In this document: in pieces, positions 1-9,747 of the stretch
Layout: every line of letters begins with the position of its first letter
How positions within the stretch are numbered: the first letter of the stretch is position 1
Source of the DNA: Armatimonadota bacterium
Lineage (GTDB): Bacteria > Armatimonadota > Fimbriimonadia > Fimbriimonadales > GBS-DC
Direction of reading: 5' to 3'
Assembly: GCA_037445735.1 (NCBI GenBank)
Contig: JBBIJY010000002.1
Span: 64,001 to 128,000 of the forward strand
DNA: 64,000 bases
Position numbers and translations under genes: made by a program
The notes under the pieces: generated by a model
What the model was told of the DNA's origin: nothing
Seen by the model: the letters and a program-made list of their open reading frames with translations, nothing else
Database searches by the model: none

Positions 1-29
1 TGCCGACACGCTGGCAGAGTGAACCGATC

Positions 30-2351
30 ATGGAGGATGGAGAGCGACGGCTGCCGCCACCGGTGATTGCGGTCGTTCGACAGCGGCTGGGCGCAGCGGC
101 GGTCGTTGAGTTCGGGTTTGCATCGGACCTGACGCCTGAAGGGCGCTTCGGGGAGACATGGCTGGTGCTGGCGTACCCGTCCGAGCAGCAGCTCGGCTCC
201 ATCGAGCACGCGCTGCTGCTCGTTATCGGTGTCCAGCATGCACTGATTGCGAACAGTACCAGCGCACGCCTGCCCTGGTTGCGCCGTGAAACACCCTCGG
301 ACGAAGAGGAGACCCGCGCCATTCTCTATCTTGATCTGCCACTGGCTCAGGTCGAATCGGTGCGCATCACGCAGCTGGTGGGCGCGTCCGCGCTGGAGGT
401 GGTGCTGCCCGATCAGCGGGTCATCGAACTGATCCGATTCAGCAACGCGCTCACCAATCTGTTCGGGCAGGTCAAGACGCGGCTGGAGGCGCGGCTCAAT
501 AATGAGGAGCCGCCCCCGTTCGAGAAAAAGCAGTCGGTGTGCGAGCGGTGCGGGCGCCCCATCCCCGACGATTCGCTGTCGTGCCCTGCGTGCCGCTCGC
601 AGAAGCAGGTGCTGGTGCGCCTGATGCAGCTCGTGCGACCCTACTGGCGCTACATGGCGCTCGCCAGCCTCCTGGCGATGCTCAGCGCCGCCATCGAGCT
701 GACCCCACCTTATCTGACCAAAGTGCTGATCGACGAGGTGCTGGTGCCCCGCGCGAACGCGCACCTGTTCGTGTGGCTGCTGCTGGGGCTGGTGGGGCTG
801 CGCCTGCTGGGGACAGGCATCAACATCGCGCGCGGGCGGCTCAACGCCTGGCTGGGCAGTCGCATCGCGTTCGAACTGCGCTCAAAACTGTTTGAACACC
901 TGCAGTGGCTCTCGCTCAGCTATTTCGATCGGCGTCAGACGGGCGCGATTATGAGCCGCGTGACGCGCGACACCGACGCCCTCTACGACTTCCTGGTCAA
1001 TAGCGCGCCCACCATCACGCTCAACCTGCTGATGGTGCTGGGCATCGGCACGGTGATGGTGCTGATGGACTGGCAGTTGAGCCTGCTGGTGCTGGTGCCT
1101 GCGCCCTTTATCGTGATGCTCTCGCGCCATGCGTGGCAGCGCGTGATCCGCATCTGGCGACGGCACTGGTATCGCTGGTCGCGCCTGACCGCGCACTTGG
1201 GCGGCACGCTTTCAGGCATTCGCGAGGTCAAAGCCTTCACGCAGGAAGAGCGCGAAATCAACGCTTTCAATCGGCGCAACTTCGAAATCGCCGAATCGGG
1301 CGAGATGGCAGGCAAAATCAACGCCAGCGTCTTCCCGCTCATCTCCTTCCTGGTGATGTCCAGCTCCTTCGTCATCTGGTATGTGGGCGGGCGCGGCGTG
1401 CTGAACGGCACCTTCGAACTGGGCACCCTGGTCGCTTTCCTCTCCTACATCGGCATGCTGTTCGGACCGCTGAGCATCATCACCAACATCATGGACTGGG
1501 CGTCGCGCACCGTGACGGCTGCCGAGCGCGTGTTCGAACTGCTCGACACCGAGCCCGAAGTGCGCGACCAACCCGACGCGAGACCCCTGCCCGAAGTCCA
1601 GGGCGAAATTATCTTTGAGGATGTTACCTTCGGCTATGAGAAGCATCATCCCGTGTTGCACGACATCAATCTACACATTCGCCCTGGCGAGATGATTGGG
1701 CTGGTGGGTCCGTCGGGCGCGGGCAAAAGCACGCTGATCAATCTGGTGTGCCGCTTCTATGACCCCACGCGCGGGCGGATACTCATCGACGGGCACGACC
1801 TGCGCGCGGTGCGCATGCGCGATCTGCGACGCCACATCGGTGTGGTGCTGCAGGACACCTTCCTCTTTCCGGGCACGATTCGGGAGAACATCGCCTATGC
1901 GCGTCCCGAAGCCACCCAGGAGGAGATTATCGCCGCTGCCAAAGCCGCCAACGCGCACGATTTCATCATGCGCTTCCCCGACGGCTACGACACATGGGTG
2001 GGCGAGCGCGGACACCGGCTGTCGGGCGGCGAGCGCCAGCGCATCGCGATTGCCCGCGCCATCCTGCGCAACCCCAAAATCCTCATTCTGGACGAGGCGA
2101 CCGCCTCCGTGGACACCGAGACCGAACGCCTCATTCAGGAAGCGCTGGAGCGACTCGTGCAGAACCGCACCACGATTGCAATTGCGCACCGACTCAGTAC
2201 CCTGCGCAACGCCGACCGGCTGGTGGTGCTGGAGCGCGGACGCATCGTGGAGACGGGCACGCACGACGACCTGATGGAGAAGGGTGGCGTGTACCATCGC
2301 CTCGTCACGATGCAGATGGAGCTGAGCAAATCGCGCCTGTTTGTGGGCTGA
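30..2351 (+). CDS. ABC transporter fused permease/ATP-binding protein with N-terminal extension and zinc ribbon
   Basis: Walker A GPSGAGKST, LSGGERQR signature, ILILDEATA Walker B, about 6 TM helices; CERC...CPAC before the TM domain. Confidence 0.9.
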   Translation: MEDGERRLPPPVIAVVRQRLGAAAVVEFGFASDLTPEGRFGETWLVLAYPSEQQLGSIEHALLLVIGVQHALIANSTSARLPWLRRETPSDEEETRAILYLDLPLAQVESVRITQLVGASALEVVLPDQRVIELIRFSNALTNLFGQVKTRLEARLNNEEPPPFEKKQSVCERCGRPIPDDSLSCPACRSQKQVLVRLMQLVRPYWRYMALASLLAMLSAAIELTPPYLTKVLIDEVLVPRANAHLFVWLLLGLVGLRLLGTGINIARGRLNAWLGSRIAFELRSKLFEHLQWLSLSYFDRRQTGAIMSRVTRDTDALYDFLVNSAPTITLNLLMVLGIGTVMVLMDWQLSLLVLVPAPFIVMLSRHAWQRVIRIWRRHWYRWSRLTAHLGGTLSGIREVKAFTQEEREINAFNRRNFEIAESGEMAGKINASVFPLISFLVMSSSFVIWYVGGRGVLNGTFELGTLVAFLSYIGMLFGPLSIITNIMDWASRTVTAAERVFELLDTEPEVRDQPDARPLPEVQGEIIFEDVTFGYEKHHPVLHDINLHIRPGEMIGLVGPSGAGKSTLINLVCRFYDPTRGRILIDGHDLRAVRMRDLRRHIGVVLQDTFLFPGTIRENIAYARPEATQEEIIAAAKAANAHDFIMRFPDGYDTWVGERGHRLSGGERQRIAIARAILRNPKILILDEATASVDTETERLIQEALERLVQNRTTIAIAHRLSTLRNADRLVVLERGRIVETGTHDDLMEKGGVYHRLVTMQMELSKSRLFVG

Positions 2352-2369
2352 GAGAGGTATCCTCAAAGC

Positions 2370-3539
2370 GTGATTGAGGGCACGCTCTGGCTGAAGGCGG
2401 GGCGCGAGAAGAAGATCCGCCATCTCTACCCGTGGGTCCAACGTGGCGAGATTGCACGGGTAGACGGCTTGCCCACCGATGGCAGTCTGGTTCATCTGCG
2501 GGCGCACGACGGCAGCTGGCTCGGCATCGCTACTTACAACAGCCACAGCCGATTTCCCGCCCGCGTGCTGACCCTGCAGGACGAGGCGATCGACGCCGTC
2601 TTCTTCGCCCGCCGAGTGCAACATGCCCTGCAACTGCGCCAGCGACTGGTCAGCGACACCAATGCCTATCGCCTGCTGTTCGGCGAGGCGGACGGCATAC
2701 CGGGACTGATTGTGGATCGCTACGCGGACTATCTGATGGTGCAGGTGCGCACGCTGGGCATGGAGCGGCTCAAACCGCTCTGGCTGCCTGCGCTGATCGA
2801 GGTGCTCCAGCCTGCAGGCATACTGGAGCGCAGCGAGATGGAATCGCGTCAGGAGGAGGGGCTGACCCCCTTCACAGGCGTTCTGCACGGCGAAGTGCCA
2901 GAGCTGATCCCCATCACGGAGAGCGGGCTGCAGTTCCTTGTGCCCACGCGAAGCGGGCTGAAAACGGGTTTCTATCTGGATCAGCGCGAGAATCGGCGGC
3001 AACTCGCGCGCATGGTTCAGCCAGAGGAGCGCGTGCTGGACCTGTTCTGCTACACGGGCGCGTTCGCACTCTACGCTGCGCGTGCGGGCGCACAAGCGAC
3101 GGGCGTCGATATCCTCCCCGAAGCGATTGCGCTCGCCCGCCAGCACGCCGAAATGAACCACCTGCAGGCAGAGTGGGTGGTGGCGAACGCCTTCGAATGG
3201 CTGCCCGCTGCCGCCGAGCGTGGCGAGCGGTATGACTGGGTAATTTTAGACCCGCCTGCGATTGCCAAGCGGCGCGAGCAGCGCGAATCGCTGCGCTGGG
3301 CGCTCTGGAAGCTGGTCTATCACGCGCTCCCCATCCTGAAACCGAACGGACGATTGCTGGTCTGCAGTTGCACCTACGCGCTGGATTTGAGCCTGATGGT
3401 GGACACCATCCGCCTCGCCGCGCACGACAGGCAGCGCCCGCTCTATCTGGAAGATGTCTCCTTCCAGTCGCCCGACCACCCCTTCCTGATGCAGTTCCCC
3501 GAAAGCCTTTACCTGAAATGCCTCTGGCTGCGGGCATAA
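2370..3539 (+). CDS. rlmI: RlmI-like class I SAM-dependent rRNA methyltransferase
   Basis: PUA-like N-terminus, GEADGIPGLIVD, KTGFYLDQRENR, VLDLFCYTGAF, ILDPPA motifs. Confidence 0.8.
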   Translation: MIEGTLWLKAGREKKIRHLYPWVQRGEIARVDGLPTDGSLVHLRAHDGSWLGIATYNSHSRFPARVLTLQDEAIDAVFFARRVQHALQLRQRLVSDTNAYRLLFGEADGIPGLIVDRYADYLMVQVRTLGMERLKPLWLPALIEVLQPAGILERSEMESRQEEGLTPFTGVLHGEVPELIPITESGLQFLVPTRSGLKTGFYLDQRENRRQLARMVQPEERVLDLFCYTGAFALYAARAGAQATGVDILPEAIALARQHAEMNHLQAEWVVANAFEWLPAAAERGERYDWVILDPPAIAKRREQRESLRWALWKLVYHALPILKPNGRLLVCSCTYALDLSLMVDTIRLAAHDRQRPLYLEDVSFQSPDHPFLMQFPESLYLKCLWLRA

Positions 3540-3546
3540 GCGATTC

Positions 3547-5013
3547 TCAGCTGAACCATTCGAAGTAGTCAGAACTGAGATCAATCTGGATGTTTTTGAG
3601 CTGGGTGTAGAGGTCGAGCAGGCAGTGCAATCCGAGTTCGCGTCCGAACCCGCTTTTTTTGTAGCCGCCGTACGGCGCGCCGGGCGGAATCATGTTGTAG
3701 CAGTTGATCCACACCTTGCCCGCCTGAATCTGGTGGGCGACGCGATGCGCCCTGCCGATGTCCTGCGCCCAGATGCCCGCCGCCAGCCCGTACTCGGTGG
3801 CGTTCGCGCGTTCAATCACCTCCGACTCGCTCTCGAACGGGAACAGCATCGCCACGGGTCCGAAAATTTCCTCGCAGGCGACGCGCGAATCGGGCGGCAC
3901 ATGCTCCAGCACCGTCGGCTGGAAGTAGAAGCCCTTATCGAAGGGCGGATCGGTAAGGGGGCGACCGCCCGTCAGCACGGTTGCACCGTCCTGCCGTGCC
4001 ACCTCCAGATAGTGCACCACCTTGTCCAGCTGTTCGCGCTTGTGCAGGGTGGCGAACTCGGTGGCAGGGTCTAACGGGTCGCCAATCTGCAGGCGGGCAG
4101 CGCGCGCCACGAACGCCTCGCGGAACCGCTCATAGAGCGGACGCTCCACAAAGATTCGGGTGGCAGCGGTACACATCTGACCCTGCGCGAAGAAGTTGGC
4201 TAACAGCGCGTAGGCGAGCGTGCGCTCAAAATCGCAATCGGCGAACACAATAAAGGGCGATTTGCCGCCCAGCTCCAGCGACACGGGCACCACATTGGTC
4301 GCGGCACGCTGCATCACCCGCGCACCCACCGCGGTGGAGCCAGTGAAGGCAATCTTGTTCACCTGCGGGTGCGCCGTCAATAAATCGCCGACGGTGCCCG
4401 GCGTCGGGTCGGTCAGCACATTGAACACACCGGCGGGCACGCCCACCTGCGCCATCAGCTCGGCTAACATCAGTGTGGTGAGCGGGGTGGTGGGCGCCGG
4501 CTTGATGACCATCGTGTTGCCTGCCACCAGCGCGGGTGCGATCTTAATCGCCGCCAGCCACAGCGGGAAGTTCCATGGCGTGATCGCTGCCACCACGCCG
4601 TACGGCTCCCGCCGTGTGTAGTTCAGATAGTTGCCCGGTATCGGCAGCGTCTCACCATGAATGGCGGGCGCGATCCCCGCAAAGTATTCGAAGGCGCTGA
4701 TGGTGGCGGGGACATCATGCGCCATCGTCTCGCGGATGCATCGCCCCGTTTGCTGGCTTTCGGTGAAGGCGAACTCTTCAAATCGCTCTTTGAGCGCGGT
4801 GGCGACGGCTCGCAGAATCTCGCCCCGCTCCTCGTATGAGCGGGCAGACCAGTCGGGGAACGCCCGGCGAGCTGCCTGAACCGCCGCGTCCACTTCGGCT
4901 GAGCCTGCTATGGCGCAGAGCGCGATCACCTCGCCGCTGGCAGGATTGCGAACTTCATACTGCTCCGCAGTCGGATGCCATTCGCCATCGATGAACAGAC
5001 CGTAGTGCCGCAT
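3547..5013 (-). CDS. Aldehyde dehydrogenase family protein
   Basis: ITPWNFP, FTGSTAVG, LELGGKSP, catalytic GQMCTA, EEIFGPV. Confidence 0.92.
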   Translation of the reverse strand: MRHYGLFIDGEWHPTAEQYEVRNPASGEVIALCAIAGSAEVDAAVQAARRAFPDWSARSYEERGEILRAVATALKERFEEFAFTESQQTGRCIRETMAHDVPATISAFEYFAGIAPAIHGETLPIPGNYLNYTRREPYGVVAAITPWNFPLWLAAIKIAPALVAGNTMVIKPAPTTPLTTLMLAELMAQVGVPAGVFNVLTDPTPGTVGDLLTAHPQVNKIAFTGSTAVGARVMQRAATNVVPVSLELGGKSPFIVFADCDFERTLAYALLANFFAQGQMCTAATRIFVERPLYERFREAFVARAARLQIGDPLDPATEFATLHKREQLDKVVHYLEVARQDGATVLTGGRPLTDPPFDKGFYFQPTVLEHVPPDSRVACEEIFGPVAMLFPFESESEVIERANATEYGLAAGIWAQDIGRAHRVAHQIQAGKVWINCYNMIPPGAPYGGYKKSGFGRELGLHCLLDLYTQLKNIQIDLSSDYFEWFS

Positions 5014-5049
5014 CGCTTACCTCCAGCAATAGCGATTCGCGTCCTTGGG

Positions 5050-6258
5050 CTACTCTCCTGTCTGCCCGAAATGGAACAGCACGATCAGCAGGTCGGCGTC
5101 GTCCACGCGCATGTCGCCATTCAGGTCTTCGGCTGGGCTGTGGCTGCCGAAGGCGAATAGCACGGCAAGCAGGTCGGCATCATCGATGCGATTGTCGCCA
5201 TTCACATCGCCGTTGATCAGGGTGGCGTTGAGGCTCATCAGGCAGTCGTTCACGCTCACATTTCGCACCAGTTTACGCAGCCAGTGTGTGCCCTGAAACG
5301 CCACATCGTAAGTGCCCGCCGCCACCTGATAGAGAAAGTAGCGACCATCCGCCTGCAGCACCACCGTTTCGACTCGCAGCGGGTTCGGATTGCCCGGCGG
5401 GCGCAGTTCCACGCGGATGGGTTGACCACCCGGACTGCCCTGATACTGCTCCAGGGTGATCTGCCCTGACAGGCGGTAGGTACGGTCAGGCGCAGCGCGC
5501 AGAGTATAGTTCCACGACGGCATCAGCTGGCTGGACGCCGCCCAGAACCCCACATTATCGTCATTGGGGTTCGTGCTATAGGTGACCCAGCCCGTGATCG
5601 GGAGCGGGTAAGGCAGCATCACCTCGATGGTGGGCGTGTTCGATTGCCATGCCGAGCTGCCGCCCTGCAGCCCCAGCATGCGCCCGCTCACAGGCGGATA
5701 GATCATCCAGCCCGAAGCAGGAATCGAATAGCGATTGCAATCGGCATAGGCGAACTGCGCGTCCCACAGCGTGCTGGAGACATGCATCGAGGAGAGCATC
5801 ACGGGCTTGAACGCCTCGCCAGGGCGGTTATCGATGGGGATGGAGCCGCTGACCGACGCGCTCACGAACGCAATCAGTTCGTTCGGGCGGGGCGGCAGGA
5901 GGCGCACCTGCAGATTCACCCGCAGGGCAGCCATCGTGCCGGCAAGCAAGAGCACCAGATCGGCGCCTTCGACCCGGTGGCTCCAGCTCACAGGCGCTCC
6001 CTGATAGTAGCGACCGCCCGACCAGAACGCGGGCATCAAAATCACCGAAGTGCCCCAGCTGGAGCCGGGACCGCAGTTCATGCGGAAGTAGCTGCTATCG
6101 AGGTGCAGGGCGGCATACTGCGGCGCGGAACCGCCACTCTGGTAAAAAATCTCCAGCACGGTTCCCCGCACCCGCAGGTTCCAGCCCTGGGGTGATGCCG
6201 TCGCCAGCGTCCCGCCCGCGGCGAGCGCCAGCATCCAGAAGCAGCAGCGCCGATTCAC
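5050..6258 (-). CDS. Secreted protein with C-terminal beta-sandwich and duplicated dockerin-like module
   Basis: GTG start at 6258 gives a signal-peptide-like N-terminus; ends GDVNGDNRIDDADLLAVLFAFG...EDLNGDMRVDDADLLIVLFHFG. The longer ORF-track N-terminus is translated repeat DNA. Confidence 0.75.
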   Translation of the reverse strand: MNRRCCFWMLALAAGGTLATASPQGWNLRVRGTVLEIFYQSGGSAPQYAALHLDSSYFRMNCGPGSSWGTSVILMPAFWSGGRYYQGAPVSWSHRVEGADLVLLLAGTMAALRVNLQVRLLPPRPNELIAFVSASVSGSIPIDNRPGEAFKPVMLSSMHVSSTLWDAQFAYADCNRYSIPASGWMIYPPVSGRMLGLQGGSSAWQSNTPTIEVMLPYPLPITGWVTYSTNPNDDNVGFWAASSQLMPSWNYTLRAAPDRTYRLSGQITLEQYQGSPGGQPIRVELRPPGNPNPLRVETVVLQADGRYFLYQVAAGTYDVAFQGTHWLRKLVRNVSVNDCLMSLNATLINGDVNGDNRIDDADLLAVLFAFGSHSPAEDLNGDMRVDDADLLIVLFHFGQTGE

Positions 6259-6316
6259 TCTGCAACCAGACCCTCCACAGCCCAGTATACCGTAAGGGGG
6301 ATGCAAAGGCTGAATG

Positions 6317-6454
6317 CCCCCTCCTGCAGGTTTCCCCCGCTTCGCGAGGGGAACCGAAGCGGGGTTTCCCCGTGCCCGGCACGAGACTCTTCCTTTGCAA
6401 GCGCGGGCTTGCATCGGTTCCCCCTGCTTGCGGGGGGAACCCCACGGAGGGGGG
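6317..6454. repeat. Inverted pair of hairpin repeats (REPIN-like)
   Basis: 6317-6357 ccccctcctgcaggtttcccccgcttcgcgaggggaaccga is approximately the reverse complement of 6414-6454; each arm has an internal ttcccc..ggggaa hairpin. Confidence 0.8.
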
Positions 6455-6537
6455 CACTGTTTTGCCCGGATTGGGGCGCTGCCCATCCCATTTGAGGTCA
6501 GCAACTGTACCCTTATCAAAAAGGGGAAGACACCAAA

Positions 6538-6761
6538 CCCCTCTCCCCCTTTGGGGGAGAGGGTACGGGTGAGGGGGCTAAGATTCCCTGTGCGTGGAAG
6601 CAACCCCTCACCCCAACCCTCTCCCACGCTGTGGGAGAGGGAGTTCATTCAGCCCTCTCCCCCTTTGGGGGAGAGGGTACGGGTGAGGGGGCTAAATCCG
6701 CTCAGCCCAAATAAGAACCCCCTCTCCCCAAGCCTGGGGAGAGGGGGCACGCGGGTGAGGG
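6538..6761. repeat. Cluster of 4 CCCCTCACCC-n-CCCTCTCCC..GGGAGAGGG palindromic units (BIME-like)
   Basis: Units at 6538-6577, 6604-6641, 6653-6691, 6718-6761; the first three alternate in orientation. Confidence 0.9.
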
Positions 6762-6772
6762 CAAAACCCCTC

Positions 6773-7516
6773 TCACTTCTTGCGCCGACGCAGACCCAGC
6801 AAGCCTGCCAGACCGACACCCAGCGCCAGCATGCTCGCCGGCTCAGGCACAAAACAGGCGCCTGCCAGATTAATCGTGTAGGTACCTGTACCACCCGAGC
6901 CGGTCCAGCTGGCAACGACACGGTTTGGGTCAGCCGTGTTAGAGGCGTAGATACCACTGAAGGGCGAACCGCTGTAGATTACATTGCCGCCATCTGAATC
7001 GCGCGGATCGCGGTTGTAGGCACTGATAGCAATGTAATAGATGCCCGCACCCGGCAACCCCCAGGTGGCAGTGCCTGCACCCAGATTCCCCGTGTTAGTG
7101 GCGTCAGACATGTAGTAGTTAGTTGCTGCCGAGCCAGGACCGATGTAAGAGTGGTAGCTTCCCTGGCCGGGCTGAACCACATCGCCGGGTCGGTCGTCGT
7201 TGTGCCACAGGGCGTTGCCGCTGCTGTCGAACAACCAGAGCTGAGTGTCAGACAGCGCACCCGTTGTCCACGCCTTAAAAGCGGCGGGAGCACAGATAAT
7301 GATCTGAAACATATCCACATCGGTGGAGCTGGCAATGGATCCCGTAATGGCGCTCAGGGACTGGTTCGGGTCGCCGCTAACCACCTGCGCGGTTGCTGGC
7401 AGATCCCCGGCGTCTCCACCGCCGTTTGTTGTCTCGTCCCAGGTCTGGGCGCTGGCGCCTGCGATCAGCGCCACAATCGCGATACTGCTCAACCAGAGTT
7501 GCGCATGTCTCATCAT
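6773..7516 (-). CDS. PEP-CTERM protein with PPC/DVUA0089-like domain
   Basis: Signal peptide; DTQLWLFDSSG..NDD..GIYYIAI; C-terminal VPEPASMLALGVGLAGLLGLRRRKK; GGAGG RBS. Confidence 0.88.
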   Translation of the reverse strand: MMRHAQLWLSSIAIVALIAGASAQTWDETTNGGGDAGDLPATAQVVSGDPNQSLSAITGSIASSTDVDMFQIIICAPAAFKAWTTGALSDTQLWLFDSSGNALWHNDDRPGDVVQPGQGSYHSYIGPGSAATNYYMSDATNTGNLGAGTATWGLPGAGIYYIAISAYNRDPRDSDGGNVIYSGSPFSGIYASNTADPNRVVASWTGSGGTGTYTINLAGACFVPEPASMLALGVGLAGLLGLRRRKK

Positions 7517-7568
7517 CGTTGTACCTCCTCTCTTTAGAGTCTGGGGGGCGCCCTTTCTGCTCCATCAC

Positions 7569-7652
7569 GCGGATGCAGATAGGGTGTCCACCCATTGCGG
7601 ATGCAGATAGGGTGTCCACCCATTGCGGATGCAGATAGGGTGTCCACCCATT
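7569..7652. repeat. Perfect 3 x 28 bp tandem repeat in the 5' UTR of the PEP-CTERM gene
   Basis: gcggatgcagatagggtgtccacccatt at 7569, 7597 and 7625, with no spacers. Confidence 0.95.
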
Positions 7653-7695
7653 AATGACTCGAAATCTGCCCAAAAGCGGACATCGAGTCATCCCT

Positions 7696-7724
7696 ATTAT
7701 ACCCCATTCGGGAGCGGACGTCAA
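7696..7724 (-). promoter_or_regulatory. Sigma70-type promoter for the PEP-CTERM gene
   Basis: TTGACG-17 bp-TATAAT on the minus strand. Confidence 0.75.
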
Positions 7725-7769
7725 GAGGAGCGCCCTGCAAAAGGCGAAATCTGGTATTTTTGCGGGGTA

Positions 7770-9188
7770 TCAGCGGCGCGGGCGCGGCAGGGGCTTGTAG
7801 TGCAGGATATATTCGGCGACAGCTTCCAGTTGCTCCAGCGAGGTCAGCCCCAGCTCCTTCGCGGAGGGCATCACCGTGCCCGGATGGGTTTCAGAAGGGT
7901 TGATGAGATAGAAAATCAGCTGGTCTTTGGTCCAGTGGGGCGGTTCGCTGGGCGCGAGTCGCACGAATTCGGGCGCTTTGCGGCTACCCTGCCCCTCGAT
8001 TCGATGGCAGCGCAGGCAGCGATCCATCACCAGCCGCTGCCCGATGGCTGCCAGCCCGCGGAAGCGCGGCGCGGTCGCCTGCTGCGCCAGTCGCGCCCGC
8101 TCGCGGTCCGTCTCTATCTTCGCATCGACGCCCAGCCAGACCGTCAGCACGAGCAGCACGCCTGCGCTCACCAGCGTCAGCAGTCGCCGACGCGGGCGGC
8201 GAGACGGATTGCGCTCAATAAAGGGCAGCGCGAGCAACAGCAGCACGAACAGCACGGGGATCAGCACCGTGCCCAGCCACACGCGCGAGCCGCCAAACAG
8301 CACCAGCCCGCCTATCTGCACTTTCTCCAGCTGGAACAGCGGTAAAAAGTACCATTCTGGGCGCGGCAGGTAGCGGTTGTCGGTCGGGTCGGCGGGCGGC
8401 TCCGTATGCACGCCCCACAGCAGGGTCAGCCCGAACAGCAGTCCCAGCAGCACGCCCGCGAACACCATGTCCTTCCAGAGCTGATGCGGGTAGAAACGGA
8501 GCGGCTTCTCCACCTGCGCCTCCTCATCGGCTTCGGTGCCAGGCGGCATCTCGCCCTTGCGCCGCATCAGCATCAGATGGACGCCAATCAGGGACATCAT
8601 GAGCAGCGGCAGCACCAGCACATGGGTCGCGTAGAAGCGCGTGAGCGTCGGCGCGCCCAGCTCGTCGCCCCCGTACAGGATGCGCTTCAGATGCTCGCCC
8701 ACGAACGGCACATAACCGACGAAGCTCACACCCACGCGCGTCGCCCAGTACGCCTTCTGGTCATACGGCAGCAGGTAGCCCGTGAAGGCGAACGCGAGCG
8801 TCAGCACGAACAGGATTACACCCACCATCCAGGTCAGCTCGCGCGGGCGCTTGTACGCGCCCATAACGAACACGCGCAGCATGTGCAGCACCACCACAAT
8901 CACCATCAGCGACGCGCCCCAGTAGTGCAGCCCGCGCACCAGCCTGCCAGACGGCACCTCACGGGTGATATACTGCACCGAATCGTAGGCTTCGGCGGTG
9001 GAAGGCACATAGTTCATCGCCAGCAGGATGCCTGTGATCAGCTGCACGAGGAACAGGAACAGTGCGCCGCTGCCCAGCACATGCAGCCAGCCGATTTTGC
9101 GGGGCAACGGCTCGTGCAGCAGGGCGTGCAGGATGGCGCGGTAGCCGCTGCGGTCGTCCAGCCAGTGCCAGAACCATTGCCCGTTCAT
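7770..9188 (-). CDS. Cytochrome b of a Rieske/cytochrome b complex with fused C-terminal monoheme cytochrome c
   Basis: ATG at 9188 (MNGQWFW); RGLHYWGAS, LHMLRVF, FTGYLLP, RPEWYFL; C-terminal CLRCH and distal Met (VMPS). Confidence 0.9.
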   Translation of the reverse strand: MNGQWFWHWLDDRSGYRAILHALLHEPLPRKIGWLHVLGSGALFLFLVQLITGILLAMNYVPSTAEAYDSVQYITREVPSGRLVRGLHYWGASLMVIVVVLHMLRVFVMGAYKRPRELTWMVGVILFVLTLAFAFTGYLLPYDQKAYWATRVGVSFVGYVPFVGEHLKRILYGGDELGAPTLTRFYATHVLVLPLLMMSLIGVHLMLMRRKGEMPPGTEADEEAQVEKPLRFYPHQLWKDMVFAGVLLGLLFGLTLLWGVHTEPPADPTDNRYLPRPEWYFLPLFQLEKVQIGGLVLFGGSRVWLGTVLIPVLFVLLLLALPFIERNPSRRPRRRLLTLVSAGVLLVLTVWLGVDAKIETDRERARLAQQATAPRFRGLAAIGQRLVMDRCLRCHRIEGQGSRKAPEFVRLAPSEPPHWTKDQLIFYLINPSETHPGTVMPSAKELGLTSLEQLEAVAEYILHYKPLPRPRR

Positions 9189-9661
9189 GCCTCGACCTCG
9201 ATCCAGAGGGCGCCGTCGCGCAGCTGATGGGCGATTCGGCGCAGCGGTCGCGGCGGCGGCTCTTTCATCACGCGCCCCTCCATGTCGAACTCGCCCCCGT
9301 GGCAGGGGCAGACGAACCGCTGGCGCTCCGACTCCCAGCGCACGCCGCAGCCCGTGTGCGTGCAGAGGTTGGACAGCACGAGCAGTTGCTCCCCACGGTT
9401 CACCACATAGGCGATGCGCACCTCGCGCCGCCGACGCCAGCCGTCCTGAATCGGCACCGTGTACAGCACCTCCGCCACCTCGCCCTCCAGCGGCAGGTCC
9501 GCTTCCGCCATCAGCGGAATGAGCTGGCGGCGTCGGCGCGTTCGCAACGGCGCCAGCAGATAGCCCACAATCGGGATGCCCAGCGCCACACCAATTGCGC
9601 CTCCTAACAGCCCGATTGCCCACTCCAGAAACGCTCGCCTGCCTATCCCGTTATCCGCCAT
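9185..9661 (-). CDS. Rieske 2Fe-2S subunit (Tat signal-anchor)
   Basis: GRRAFL twin-arginine motif, CTHTGC and CPCHGG boxes; ATGA overlap with cytochrome b. Confidence 0.92.
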   Translation of the reverse strand: MADNGIGRRAFLEWAIGLLGGAIGVALGIPIVGYLLAPLRTRRRRQLIPLMAEADLPLEGEVAEVLYTVPIQDGWRRRREVRIAYVVNRGEQLLVLSNLCTHTGCGVRWESERQRFVCPCHGGEFDMEGRVMKEPPPRPLRRIAHQLRDGALWIEVEA

Positions 9662-9747
9662 GATGCAATCAGAGAGGAAACTCTGCTTATCGCAGGGAAC
9701 GATTGAACGCTTGCAGGGGTTCCCCGCTTCGAGTATACTTTCGTGCC

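Noticed and set aside
6259-6648. N-terminal 129 aa of ORF 5050..6648, and ORFs 6314..6997 and 37260..37724
   Set aside because: They are largely translations of intergenic palindromic repeats; a better start with a signal peptide exists at 6258.
7569-7652. CRISPR array
   Set aside because: The 28-bp repeats abut with no spacers, and no cas genes are present.
9189-9623. N-terminal extension of the cytochrome b ORF
   Set aside because: It overlaps the Rieske gene in another frame; ATG 9188 with an ATGA overlap is the natural start.
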